Shown in pieces: positions 50,497-64,000 of a stretch of 64,000 nucleotides of DNA (the first letter of the stretch is position 1; each line of letters begins with the position of its first letter). The position numbers and the translations under genes are program-made. The notes under the pieces were generated by a model, which saw only the letters and a list, made by a program, of their open reading frames with translations, ran no database searches and was not told where the DNA came from. Origin of the DNA: Paragordius varius (taxonomy: Eukaryota > Animalia > Nematomorpha). Location: positions 12,524,001 to 12,588,000 of the forward strand of contig OZ176054.1 in assembly GCA_964247055.1 (NCBI GenBank), read 5' to 3'.

Positions 50497-53400
50497 AAAT
50501 ATAATATAATGATTTTTTTTGAATAAATCATTTAGCTTTCTCCTTTAAAAAATCGAATTTCGCCATTTTCCGATGAGGAGCACTTATCATAACAAGTGTA
50601 AATAATATTTTATATCACTTGTAAGGGCTAAAACCAAAAGCGCCGTGATAATCCTGATTATTTTTTCTTCAGAAGATATTTTATCGGCTTATTTTTTTAT
50701 ACCCCTGATTTCGGACGCAGTGTATGATACGGTTATCTTCGCAGACATCCAAGGCTCATTACAGCCAATATTGCAACATTTTGCAGATTATGAAAAATAT
50801 GCTACAAAATCTTTCTAAAACAATGGTATTGCAAATATCCCGAAAGGTGCTAAGGCTTTAGAAATTATCAATGGGAAGTCTATCGAAATGTTAAACTATG
50901 CATACCCCAGAACTTTCATCGTTAAATGTAGAATCGCTAAAGCCACAACGGCCACAAGTAATTATATGAAAATGACATCCATGATGTCAGAGTAAAAATA
51001 TTCGGGCTTGCCAATGCAACTATTTAACATTTCTTTATATAAACCATAAAAAACCAACGGATAAGAATTATGACCCCTCTTCAAATAAAAAGGTCAGACA
51101 TAACTATCAATACAATTTAACAAATTAATTCTGGTATTTAATTGCTTGGCATGTGCATCAAACTATCGTATGTTAAGATTTTTATACAAATTGATCAAAT
51201 TATTAGAGGATTCTGTCCAAACATAACTGAAACTGAATCAAATCCGATTTAAGGTAAGTATGATGGGACTATACACATTTCCAGAATTTACATCAGGGGC
51301 TCCTTACCTTTTTTGTTTACACTTCACCAAATCAAAAAAAATTCTTGCGCCCCCCCCCCCCCCGTTTTAATTGCAAAATTAATTATAATATCGTAAAAAT
51401 CATAATCATTGAGGTTGTATCTGCGATTGTTGAAACATTTTTTACATATCCGGCGCAAATCTTGATTCTACCTGAGATCCCTAACCTTTAATTATTTGTT
51501 TCTGATTGTATTTTTGAATTGAACCAGTAAACCATTAATTAGAACAATTATTAAATAATAGTAAACATTACGTTGTTTATTAACACAAAATTAAATTAAA
51601 TTAAATATTAAATGCACCATAAATCATCTGCGTTTAAAACAGCTGTAAGTGACATTATTTTAGAGAGGGTATGGCCTTATAATTTCCAAATAATAGTTTT
51701 ATTATTTACATTTTAATTAATATCATTATTAAATTTATTATTGTCTGATATGTATTGCCAAGAAAAGGCTACAAAGTCAATCCTTTCCCGAAAACCCCGG
51801 ACGGCGGTTTAGTCTGCGGACCATATATAATTATATTCCCAAGCGTGCACATTTGCTGATTGCTTTAAAGAAAATATTTTGGTGAAAAGAGGCCTCACTT
51901 TCGGCGCAATTGCAAAACAATAAAAAGATTTATTATTCAAACTGATTGCATCAACACGTTTTTCAGAATCAAGTGTTAAAGCCAAAAATTGCTCTAAAAA
52001 CCATTTTTTAGGCAAAGGTGGGGGGGGGGGGGAACTGAGCGGATTAACTCAAAAAAAGGGCTTAGTCAGTGTTAATGCAATTGTAAAACAATTTTTAAAA
52101 AATATTAACGAAACTGACTTAAATATTTGTTTAAAAACATTTTTCCATAAGCACAAAAATTGCTTTAACATCAATATTATTATAAAGCCCCTGTTTTAAG
52201 TGGGAAATTAAGGGACCTTTTAAAAAAAGTAAATAATAAAAGTATACTAAAATTGACTACACATTTTTTGGACAATGTGTTCCTAAACCATAGATTATTT
52301 AAAAAACTATTTTTACATGGGAGGCTCGTAACTGAGGGGATTATTTAAAAAATGACTCAGCCACCCTCGGTCCACTTATAAACAAATAAAAAATTATATT
52401 TGTATTGGACCCATTAACACGCTTGTCATAAAATTCCTTCAGCGGTCAATTTTAATTTTAAGCCATTTTCACACAAAGTGGCGCTAAACTGATGGGCTTA
52501 TTTGAAAAAAGGGCATAATCACTTTCGGCTCAATTGTATGACAATTAAAAACCGATTTATTGAAACTGACTATGCACACACACGTTTTTCGGAATCGTAT
52601 TCCGAATCTAATGATTCTTCCAAAACAATTATTTTTTAATATGTATGGGACTAAACTGAGAGGCCAATTTTAAGGGCATGTCACCCTCAGCGCATTCGTA
52701 AAACATTATAAAAAGTAGACTATTGAAGCTAATGGGCCCACACGTTTTCTCTTTAAAATATAAAATTTTAGGGGCTTCTATTTTTTTGAAAAACCCAATT
52801 TTTACTCCGATGGGACAAAACTGAAGGTCTAATAAAAAGGCTTGGTCGTCGGCGTAAATATTTCACTTTGGAATTGGAATGGGCTCCGCTTTCCCTAATC
52901 GTTAATCAAAGCTCATACCTTTTATTTCATTTTATTAGTTACATTTGTGTAAAAACATGCAGTTTTCAGTCAAATATGTAAATAAAATAAAAAGCCTCAT
53001 ACATAACAACAGACATGTAAATCAAAATCCTTTTACATAAAATACCGAAATATCCTATTGTAACATGCAATTGAATAATTTATCCACTAAAACTTAATAC
53101 TGACCTGGGTGACATTTATTAAATATAAATACAATAATCGTTTCACAAGAGTTCTTTTAAGACTAAATAAAAATTTAAGAACTCTATTAGGCCTATGTAT
53201 TAACAAGAATAATTTTACGGGCTGTGATTTGCATATTGGTCAATTAACTCGATATAAAACATTTTTATTATGTACGAGTCAAGATCAATTTATTATATAT
53301 ATACATTTTGGAAGTGGTCCTTATTCAGATTTGTTATTTGACTTTTCATGAATTTCACATCAAAGCCAATAAAATTTATGCCGAATATGAGGAAGACAGA

Positions 53401-56400
53401 ATAATAAGATGAACACACTTCAAAGAAAAAAATAAGAAAAATTAATAAATATTTATGAGAAACTTTCAAAGAAAATCTTTTTTAAAGTTTCTAATTAATT
53501 ATTATTTTATATAAGTAGGAGATTGGAATGAGTTATTTATGGCTTATTTGGTGTAATAAATTATCAATATAATGTGTTTGCTTAGGCGAAAATTATATAA
53601 ATTTAATTATATCTTTTACGTCATTTTGCGTAATATATATAATGTTGTGTCTCAATTTTAAGATATTTTTTTAAAAAAATTCTAATGGCGCCGACATAAT
53701 TTTTTTTTCTAAATCTTTCTACCATATTGATGTAAAAAATCTAAAAAATTTTAAAATTTATAGTTTAATACAAAGCGAATGTTTGAGGCCTCATAACCTA
53801 TAATTAAGAATTAAGTAAAAATGTATCAAATCGAGGATTAATACAGAAGCTTTTTCGTTATCGCTACTGTTTTAGTATGATCAAAATAGCCGTATTTTTT
53901 AGTGAATAGGTATACACTTAAATTTAAAATAGAGTTATAAACTATTATTCCGTAAACCTAAATCTATAATACAAAATAATGGTATCGATTTTCATTCCAA
54001 TTAAAACATATTTTTCGCTGATAAAATCAATGTTTTTTGGGTTTAATTATTCTACTCGCCGGTTTCATTTTTTAACGAATAGATAGTAATTATAAAAATA
54101 GATCAGAAATTAAAATTATACGGACTAAACGTGTAAATATAATGACAATAACTTCAAGACAACCAACCATACTTTAAATCTTAAATATTTTAAATATAAC
54201 TGATTGTTTTAAATGCAAAGGATAAAATAGAGATGGATATTGGTCACACAATCTATTATTTTCACTATTGTAATTGAATGTTTTTTATAAGTTAAATTAA
54301 GGTTAAAAAAGTATGGTTGTGTTGTAAAAAATTTTTGTTATCCGTATGATTTTACTTTTTACGTTTTGTCCGTATAATCTGTTTTACTGTATAAAAATGA
54401 AAAGTTAAGTGTTAATTACTTTCACCATTAAACCCATTTTTGACTTAAATGAATTAGGAGACAGCGTAAAATAAGGTTAACTTTAATATTAAAAAAGAAA
54501 AAAATGATATTTTATAAAACGGATATTGGGAAGATTTAGTTAAACCGGATTATCGTTTAAATAGAAGCATAGCATTTAAGTGCATTTTAATTTCTATAGT
54601 ATGTGTTAAACATTTCTAGATGTAGATGTAAAAGCCAAACAAAAACTATAGGATATTTATACTTACCTTGCTATCTCTAGCAATAATCAATACATAAACC
54701 ATCCAAAATCCCCCTCGAAAAATTCAAATTCACCCTAAAAATAAATTATGAATCTTCGGGCTAATATAACTCATCATTAATATGAAATATATCTTTATGG
54801 CATAGTTTATTATTTTTTAGTATTAATTAAATATTAAACAAAATTTCATATTTTTAAAAATATAAAAAATATATAAAAAACACATAATAGGGTGAATTTG
54901 AATTGTTCAAGGGTGAATTTGAGTTTAAGAGTTGATTTAAATATTAAATATGGCAATGTTAATTTATTATACTGTTGTTAATATGATTGGGGCATTACAA
55001 AAAGACGCAGTCAGTTTTATTATTATAAATAAAAGTCAAAAAAAATTTTAGGGGTAATAATTTTTATGGTTTAACCATTAAAATATTGATGCATAATTTA
55101 TTCCCAAAAATTCATAATAATCTTGAAACAGTAAAACCTAATAAGCAAAAATTTTAAGAAACTATAACATTGAAAAAACCATTTATGAAATCCTACAAAC
55201 CATAGCGCCTTACATATCTATGCTATTGTAAGTTATATAGAGACGAATTTGACTAAAATTTAAACAGCTTTTCTAAATACATATATATTTTAAATTTTTG
55301 TAATTCCAGCATTATTTAAGGAAAATCGAGTCCTAAATAGACGGGAGTCGTAAAATATATCGCCGCCTGTCTAAAATATTTATATCCTAACGATTTTAAT
55401 ATTTTTATCTCAGCAATTTTGCTATAATCATAATTTAACACTTTTTGAATTTGAATAAAACCGATATTAAAAACGGGTTTTTTAACAATATAATTGGCAA
55501 GATATATTTAATCTTTTATAGGATCCAAACATTCGAATTACAAATAGAAATATCGCGGTTTAACAAGTCAATGAAAAAGTCTGTATATTAGGTTAACAAG
55601 AAGGTACACCTTTTATCGATACGTATATTTTCTCAAACCTTCTAAAATTTTGACTTCATACACATGGATTGTTATAAGAATCACTTTATAACTAATATAA
55701 TACTTTAAAAAGTGAGGCATTTAAAATGCAAAATCCATATTTTTTTAGAAATTTTTTTTTCATATCTAAAAACATATGATTCCCCATGTTTAGTATTTTG
55801 ATATGTCTGGCGGAAATAAATAAATATTATTCCATTTAAATATGAGTTTTTTTTATTTTTGCTATATGAAACAATTTTTTTCCATCAGAAAGTGTAACGT
55901 CGCAAACATATTTTATAAACGGTGCCAGTATAATCCAGGGTTCAGAATATAAATGGTATATTCAATTTCTAACCACCAAAAATCCAATTTTCCAATATCT
56001 TTTTTTGATTTAATTGATTCAAATTACCGTCATTTTTTAACAGATTTATAACCAAAAATTACAATTTAAAAAATAACCTATATTTGTTAAATTAGGAACA
56101 CGTCATGTAATTGTTGCGTTAATAACCATATTTATATAAAATCCAACAGATACATATATAACAAATAAAAACTTTTATTAAAAAACATGATTTACACCTG
56201 AGTTTGAGCAATATTAATTTGAAATATGGATAAAGAATATTTATAAAATATATATCACAATATCTGTTTGGTAATTTATATAAAAAATATTGCATTGCAA
56301 AAAAAATATGGTGAGTTTTTTTGGGATTGGCAGTGGATCTTTAGATTGATGAGATTCTTAGATGATTTTTAGATTTATTCTTTAAATTATCTTTTATGGG

Positions 56401-56818
56401 GGGTATGTATTAGCATGTCATGTTCTAATGTATTAATTTAAAGTATAGAAGTTATAAAATAATTCAAAGTTAAAATATGAGTAAAACATTAAACATACTG
56501 TGAATCGTTTTGAGGCATAACGGGCAAGTTCGATTCCGTTTTAACCAAGGCCAAAGACACTTTTTATGATAAATATGTCCACAACTAACGCTAACGATAA
56601 TCTACACATATATTTAGGTATAATATATTGATAAGGGTTTATAGTCGTTAAAATAGATATAAAAGTTTATTTCATGTTTAATATTTTTAACTTTTACTAT
56701 TTACTAACTTCTTGAGAAGAGCATCTTTAGTTTTTAATTTATAGTATTTTTAAGCTACTGCAAGATTTTTCCTCTGAGTGGGCGAAGTTTTATCCCATCT
56801 TGTTAATATTTGGAATAA

Positions 56819-59800
56819 TTACTTAAAATAATAACCATTAAATATAATTCCTCCTTTAATAAAATTTCGCTTATACGCACTCAAAATTTCCTTTTGCAAC
56901 ATGTAGTGTATTGAAAAGGGACGAACTTCAAATGATATATTAAAATTATTCGGATATATATGTACCTGATCGAACATGATTCCGCTCAAACAAATGGCAC
57001 AAGTGGAATATTTGTTGGATAAATACTTTTGGGAACAATAAAAAAATTTATGATGTGTTGGGCAAGAAGAATTTTGATTTTTTTTCCCGGCATTTTTTAG
57101 CTTTAAATTTGTTCTAAGTTTGTTTGATGGTATCATTTTTTCGGATTTAACAAATGGAAAAGTTTTTGCTGATATTGGTATCGTGTAATATGAATATGGG
57201 TAAGTACCATTATATAATTTTTCTGTTTTGTATTTCGAATTTATGAGAGCATTTATCTGGTTATTATGTGGTTGATAACACAATTTAGATAAAAAAGGAA
57301 GCGTGGATTGAGAAATTGCGTCTGAAATATTGGGCTTATAATTATAGTAGTATTGTGAATGAGATGTATTAGACTGGAGTAATTTTTGGGTTTTTGCATA
57401 ACATTGTGAACGCTTAAGTTATAATAAACCATATTACATTAAAAATTAAAATTTGAACAAAATGTAAAAACTAAAGACACATTTTATAAAGAGGACAACT
57501 TGATTATATAATATAACCCATCTGGGGCATGTAAATTGGTAATATTAAACTAAATGATAAATGTAGGAAAAATCAAAGAGTTAAAAAGTATGGTTAATTT
57601 TTTTCAAAAAAATGGACTTGTTCAACGTTTTTATATGGCACAGTGTGCAAAATTGGGGGTATTTTTTTCTCAAGATATCACACCTAGCTTAATATGACCG
57701 TTGTGACATATACATCTCAAAAATATAAGGATAAAAAAAATTTTAAATGTAGGAAAAAAATTTTTTTGACTTTTTCCATATATGGTTATATTCGGAAAAA
57801 ATCAATTTTGCATAATACTTGATGAAAAATTATAAAACTTTTATAAAATATAAATAATATTGAATAAATATTATTTGCAAATTTTGGCTCAATATGAATG
57901 GATAGATTTAAAATAAACGTCAATTAGTAAATCCAACTAAATTTAGCCCTTTATATTAGCAACATAAAAAATAATTAATGAAAATCAAATAATATGCGCC
58001 AAAATTTAAGTTTAACTTTTTTTGTTATTATTAATTTTACATATATATAATAAAAATTACATTTTAACAAACTTATAAATTTTTAAAATTTTTTATTTTA
58101 TTAAAATAAAATTAAAATTTTTAATATAAATTTTCGTATGATCATGTGTAGTGATTATAAATCTAGCCATATGAATTTTTTACCTGGATTCTTGAATTGT
58201 GGATACTGATATTTTATTGTTGTTTTACCCTGATACTGATGGTATATTTTATAATAATTTTAGATTAAAATATTGTGTAATTTACATTATTAAGATAATA
58301 TTGAAAAACCAATGAAAATAAGCAAAAATTAGTATTCCTCTCGATAAGGATGTATATGAAATCCCTTCATATATATTGGATAACAAAAGTAATATATTTA
58401 AAAAAATTTTAGGTTAAACAAAAAAATTGCAAGTTGTCACAAGAAATATTTTACTACGACTCTGGTGAAATCCATAAAAAATTAATTTACCAATCAATCC
58501 ATAACTTTTGAATCATTTAAAGACAAACCACAATGAACATAATGTAATTTATCAAATATGGGTATATAATTTTCTGGTGGATGTTTGTTTGTAATCAGCA
58601 AGTTTGTCTTTAAATGATTCTCAAAATGTTATGGATTGATTGGTAAATTAATTTTTATGAATTTCACCAAAGTCGTAAAAAATATTTCTCTGACAACTTG
58701 CAGTTTTTTTGTTTTACCTAAAAATATTTTAAATTTTATTACTTTTGTTATCCAATATATATGAAGGGATTTGATATACACCCTTATCGAGATGAATACT
58801 AATTTTTGCTGATTTTCATTGGTTTTTCAATGTTATCTTAATAATAAAAATTACACTAATCTAAAATTATTATAAAATATACCATCAGTATTAGGGTAAA
58901 ACAACAGTATCAATATCAGTATCCACAATTCAAGAATCCAGATAAATAATTCATATGGCTAGATTTATAATCAATAGACATGATCATACGAAAATTTATA
59001 TTAAAAAATTATAATTTTATTTTAGAAAAATAAAAAATTTCAAAAATTTATAATTTTGTTAAAATGTAATTTTTATTATATATAAGTAATATTAATATTA
59101 ACAAATAAAGTTAAATTTAAATTTTGGCGCATATTATATTGATTTTCATCAATTTTTTATGTTACTAATATAAAGGGCTAAATTTGGTTGGATTTACTAC
59201 ATTGACGTTTATTTTAAATCTATCCATTCATATTGAGCCAAAATTTGCAAACAATATTTATTTAATGTCATTTATATTATATATAAATTTTATAATTTTC
59301 GATCAAGTATTATGCAAATAAATTGATTTTTTCCGAATATAACCATATAAGAAAAAAGTCGAAAAAATTTTTTTTCTACATTTACAATTTTATTTATCCT
59401 TATATTTTTGAGATGTATATGTCCAACGGTCATATTAAGCTAGGTGTGATATCTTGAGAAAATTTGTTGCACACTGTGTGGTATGTATATGAAATATTTT
59501 TTATGTTTCAGTTTCTTTTGAGAACGGATTCAAATTTTTCTAGTTGGAAAATTATTAAATTTTGACGGAAAAAGGCGGGTTGGTCTGACTTTGTTTTAAT
59601 TTATAGATTATAAAGAAAAATTTCGCACATGATAAAATACAAAATTATCTTTTCATTATTAAAATAATGGTTGACATTGTATGCGTCTTTTAAGCACACG
59701 GTTAATTATTTAATTATTTATACGGCAGTTCATAGTGTTAATAGTAATATAATGGCAAAAAGTCAATATAATTAATATAGTAAATGCTAATATATACCGT

Positions 59801-60742
59801 TCGATGCATCCAAAAAACACTAGCCATACCCATAACCAAAAGGACAATAATGAGGGCATAAAATGCGACAATCAAATGCGTTAGGTTGTGAAAAGATGTC
59901 TGCAAATTAAAAAAAGGATATATTACACTTTTTAAAAATTGGCTTTATCACTTCATAACCTTAGCGTCCTAGTTTATTTGGGGTAGTTTTATACAGAGGT
60001 CATGAATTAAACTACAGATTTGAAAGTTATTTTATTAGAAATCAATCTAATTATCAGGCGTTTTTATGTATTAGATAAAGCTTATATGTTTTACAATATG
60101 GTGACTTCAAGACTGCAAAATACAGCTCCAAAATACGATTGGAACAAACAGCAGATATTAAAATAAAAATATATCAAATTTTTGCTAATAATTTAGCCTG
60201 AAAACTTTTTAATGTTAATTACATTTTCTAACCATAATATACGTTTTGTCTGTTGCATATGCGATTAAAAAAAATTATATATAAAAAAATGACGGCAAAA
60301 AAAGTTCGAGATGAGGAATTTTACATTTTTTAAAAAATATTTTTTTGTATAATGCGCCTAAAAAACTAAAGGAATCATATTTTTAAATTCGGCTCAATAG
60401 CTTAAATACCTTCTAGGATAAAATTTGGAGTCGCTTTGGGATATAAAACCACCCCAAAAGGTAATGGAGTACTAACACAGATTAATTTAAATCTAAATTT
60501 AATTATTTGAACTTAAAGTTAATAATTTCTACGATATTTACTCTGTAATAAAATGGGCCTCTTTTTTGATTGTTGGCATTTGACTTTGTGGAATTATTTT
60601 TTGGCATATTGCTTTTTTCTTTTATTTGGACGGTTGTGTAAGAGCTTAATTTGAGCATTTTGTACATTTTAGTTGCTTCTTTGTGTCTGACAACTATGAT
60701 TGGGCGAGAAAGCTTGTGACCATTGGAATAGAGATCTGAAAG
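56819..60742 (-). CDS. Probable spliced gene, 3' part: orphan single-pass membrane protein; exons 60742-60542, 59899-59798, 57412-56819; 5' exons unresolved
   Basis: Three stop-free phase-0 exons with AG/GT edges join in frame: ...RGPFYYR | TSFHNLTHLIVAFYALIIVLLVMGMASVFWMHRT | RSQCYAK... The last exon has 197 open codons and contains ORF 56819-57283. No homologue recognised. Confidence 0.55.
57639..59478. mobile_element. 1.84-kb palindromic element with CACAGTG termini
   Basis: TGG|CACAGTGTGCAA ... TTGCACACTGTG|TGG; arms ~57639-58530 and ~58601-59478 (roughly 85-90% identical by eye); ~70-bp spacer; no ORF. Confidence 0.88.
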
Positions 60743-61346
60743 CTGTTTTTATTCAATAAATTAAAACTTTATACAACCCAGTCAAAAATTTATATTTGGT
60801 TATTTGCATTTTTGCTTTTACTATTTTTTGGGGGTAAGAGCTTCGCATTAACAAAAATTGAAACTATGAAAACAATGTTAAAACATAAAGCAAAATGTTT
60901 TCTAAACACTCATACCTTTATAAACATTGATTTACATATATATATTACAATTTAAAAAAAATATAATTAGGTGTGTTTCCAAATTATATTTCTATTACTT
61001 AATTTTTAAATCAAAATGATAATCAATAAAAGTATGTTTAAAAAAATATGATTGTTTTTTAAATATAACCACATGTTTATACATTTTGTCCAAATAATTT
61101 ATATTTTACTGTTAAAAATCCTATTACACATTGCTTAACTGTATTTAATAGTTTATTTTTATATTAAGTAAAAAATACCGTTTTTTCTGCTTGAGGCAAG
61201 TGTCGTATATCCAATATTATAGCCAAACTTCCGCGCATGATGATACGCTTTAACTAAGAAAGAGATAATTTAGTCAGATTTATTTTCAATATTGATAGTT
61301 TTAATCCGTAAAATTTTAATTTTCACATAATATTCATTTATATATA

Positions 61347-62188
61347 CCATTTACAGTTCAAATTCACCATTGAACCTCAAATTCACCCTAAAATTAATTA
61401 TTTTTTTGGTGATTGAAAATTATCTAAATTTTTTATATTTTTAAAGATAAAATTACGTTCAAAATTTATATAACACTGAAAAAATAATAAATTATGCCAT
61501 AAGAATATAATTATTATTAACATTTGGATACAACACATTCATTTTAGTCCTTCAATTCAAATTGGGGAAGTTAAATACCCCAGGCCTGTTTAAAATTAAA
61601 TATTTTAAAAAATATGGAAGGAATCGAAACCATGGCAAAATCTTGCACTTATATAACATTGATAAACTGAAATATATAAAAAAATTTATTCAAAAATACT
61701 TGATATTACATATTTTAAGCTAAAATCCGAAAGGTAAAAATTTAGCCAACGTGACATGCGTGCAATGGTAAAATTGAAAAATAATACAAAATAAACAGCT
61801 TTTACTATTTTTATCAATGTTAGATGTAATTTAAATAAAAAATTAGCTTTAATTTTACCCTTATGAAGACGATATTTTGCAAAAATTTTGTAAGATAAAA
61901 AGTCGAAGTAGTTTAACATGTAACTTTTTTTCAAAACAAAATTTTATTTGGATATTTTGGCATATTTATATAATTTTTATTAGGATAGAAGCATAAATTT
62001 AAATTAAGACCGTTTCCTTCAGTAGTTTTTTAAAAATCCTAACTTAAATTTAGTCTGGGGTATATTCGAATCGAAGTGTTAATGATGAGTTATATTAGCC
62101 CGAAAACACATGATTTATTTTTAGGGTGAATTTAAATTGTTCGATGGTAATTTTGAATTGTTCAAAGGGGAATTTGAATTGTAAATGG
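61347..62188. mobile_element. Family C MITE with nested family B element (61521-62078) at a TTAA site
   Basis: Removing 61521-62082 restores the family C sequence ...ATTAA TGATGAGTTATATTAG seen in intact copies such as 47494-47823; TTAA is duplicated. Confidence 0.88.
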
Positions 62189-64000
62189 TATATATATATA
62201 TATATATATATACACGAAATTTATATTATAGCATATACTTTTGAATAAACAAATTATTTTATTTCCATAATTTCCCTCCAAAAAATGCAAGTTATATCAA
62301 AAATATAAGTTACGGGTATATTCTGCCCATAAAAGCTCCAATATATAGTTAATGTATTAATTACTATCTATGGCATCAGATCCCAAAAAAATTTTCTTTC
62401 TAGCAATCAACTAAATATACCTACCACATATATATTAAAATATGTGTGACCAAAAGGTGGCACGTATTAGAACAGTACATAAATATGTTGTATTTTTTAT
62501 AATTTGTACACAGCGCACGTGTAATTTATATTATTATGTTTTTTTAGCACACAAAGAAGTGCCATAATTGTTTTTATCAAAGGTGCCGACACACAAAGTC
62601 CAATAGATAGCTTTCTGTACTTTTTTTGCGCTTGTAAAGTTTTAGCTTTTTTAGTCAAAATATGGATTAAATTGTTAAAGGTAGTATAGAAATAATAAGT
62701 ATAGCCGTTAAAGTTTAAAGGTATTACCAAATTTTTTTTTAACAGTGTTTTAACGAAAAAAAAATCAATTTTTCCTCAAAACATTTTAGATAGTGCATGA
62801 AACCAGTCAGTTTTGACATCTAAAGTGCTCTGCACCGCTTCAGTGCAATCATAATTATATCTTATATATGAACTATGGCGGTATAAAATATGTGCTTAAT
62901 AATAGGTGGTATAATTTAAACTGTTGTAACTATAAAGCAGTATGAGCTTATTTAATGTTTAAAAATACTCCTCGAGATAATTTTTAAGGTACAAAAAGTT
63001 TCGTTTCGTCCACTGAAAGATATAATTAAATGATTGGAATAACAGGAAACGTAAACCTTTGTCGGCATTCCCAATTAACAAAACACAGGAAATTCAAAGA
63101 GCCTTATTATACACTAATTTTGCATTACAATAGAATTACACATAATATATAATTATCTTGAACACTTCATTTTTGCGTGTAATTAAATGAATTAGCGCTT
63201 TTGTAAATAATATATAACTAATTTACCGACAAAAGAATTTTACAGTGTTCCCAACCTATCTAAACCATAAAAAAACAATAAAAAACGAAGCGGAGAGGCA
63301 AAGGTCCAAAATTTTTATTGATGTTGCCATGCAAATAATTTAATAACCAACCAGTAATTATTATTTTATAGTATAGTTTCAAATTTAATTTTTTTCTATT
63401 ATTTCATAAATGCCCTGTCTGTAAATTGAGATTTAGGAGTAATAAAATATAGACATAGTTGGAAATTCTCTATATTACAGTACCGTTTGTCATACATAAA
63501 GTTTCTCCATAATTAATTAAGCAATTTAATGTTAAAACATGGGAATTTATTTTTGATTTCAACCATTTATTCTTTGTTACCATACGCTACTGTATTTATC
63601 ATTTCAAAAAAAAATTATAGAAAATAAATTTTACAAAATTTTTTTGGAAGGATTGACAAAGAAACGTAGGAAAAAAATTAATTTTAATTAAGTTTTATAC
63701 ATAAATATGGAAGGATACTATACTATAAACGATAAATGGTGTCACCAAATTTAGGTTTTAGGAAAAATAATTATGATGAAGATCTGATCTGCTTCCAAGT
63801 AAGGAACGAAATATATATGTAATAAAGATAAAATAAGCTTGATTTATAGCCTTTTTGTGTTGTTAGCTATCTATCCCATTGATGTCTGGTTTTTTTTTGA
63901 TGATTTAAATGCAAAGAAAACACTAAGAGACAAATTAAATATAATATTTTATCTTTTTGTCAAACAAAGACGACTTACTTTAAGTTTGAGTAAGACTGAC

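Noticed and set aside
54660-54720. Minus-strand GTAAGT donor after FRGGFWMVYVLIIARDSK
   Set aside because: The upstream side runs into a family C MITE with stops and there is no usable acceptor.
57639-57680. Functional RAG recombination signal sequence
   Set aside because: Only the heptamer is present; there is no ACAAAAACC-like nonamer at 12 or 23 bp on either end.
4189-60742. All genes on the minus strand as a sign of polycistronic transcription
   Set aside because: Four same-strand genes spaced 8-20 kb apart is compatible with chance; no trans-splicing evidence is visible.
62780-62900. Alternative genetic code or stop read-through, suggested by a long frame broken by single TAA and TGA codons
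   Set aside because: The GPCR and NSDHL end in TAA and the glycosyltransferase in TGA, so both act as stops; splicing or decay is simpler.

Overview
This is very AT-rich nuclear DNA from a eukaryote, most likely an invertebrate animal; the taxon cannot be fixed from sequence alone. Three clear protein-coding genes lie on the minus strand: a GT31 beta-1,3-galactosyltransferase-like gene (2 exons), an intronless class A GPCR, and a 6-exon NSDHL. There is also a 5'-truncated GPCR pseudogene and a probable fourth spliced gene for an orphan single-pass membrane protein that the ORF track mostly misses. The rest is a dense, nested transposon landscape: RTE-clade LINE fragments, fossil hAT transposases, non-autonomous Helitrons, several MITE families and at least five long palindromic (foldback) elements. 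The most unusual signals are: (i) a ~2.9-kb near-spacerless palindrome with the same Helitron at the same site in both arms, and an empty-site copy at 36 kb; (ii) a 1.84-kb palindrome with CACAGTG (RSS-heptamer/Transib-like) ends and a 3-bp target duplication; (iii) an apparent 25-nt spliceosomal intron in NSDHL; (iv) the hidden membrane-protein gene. I saw no rRNA, tRNA or CRISPR. Everything was read by eye, so identity figures and the edges of decayed elements are approximate.
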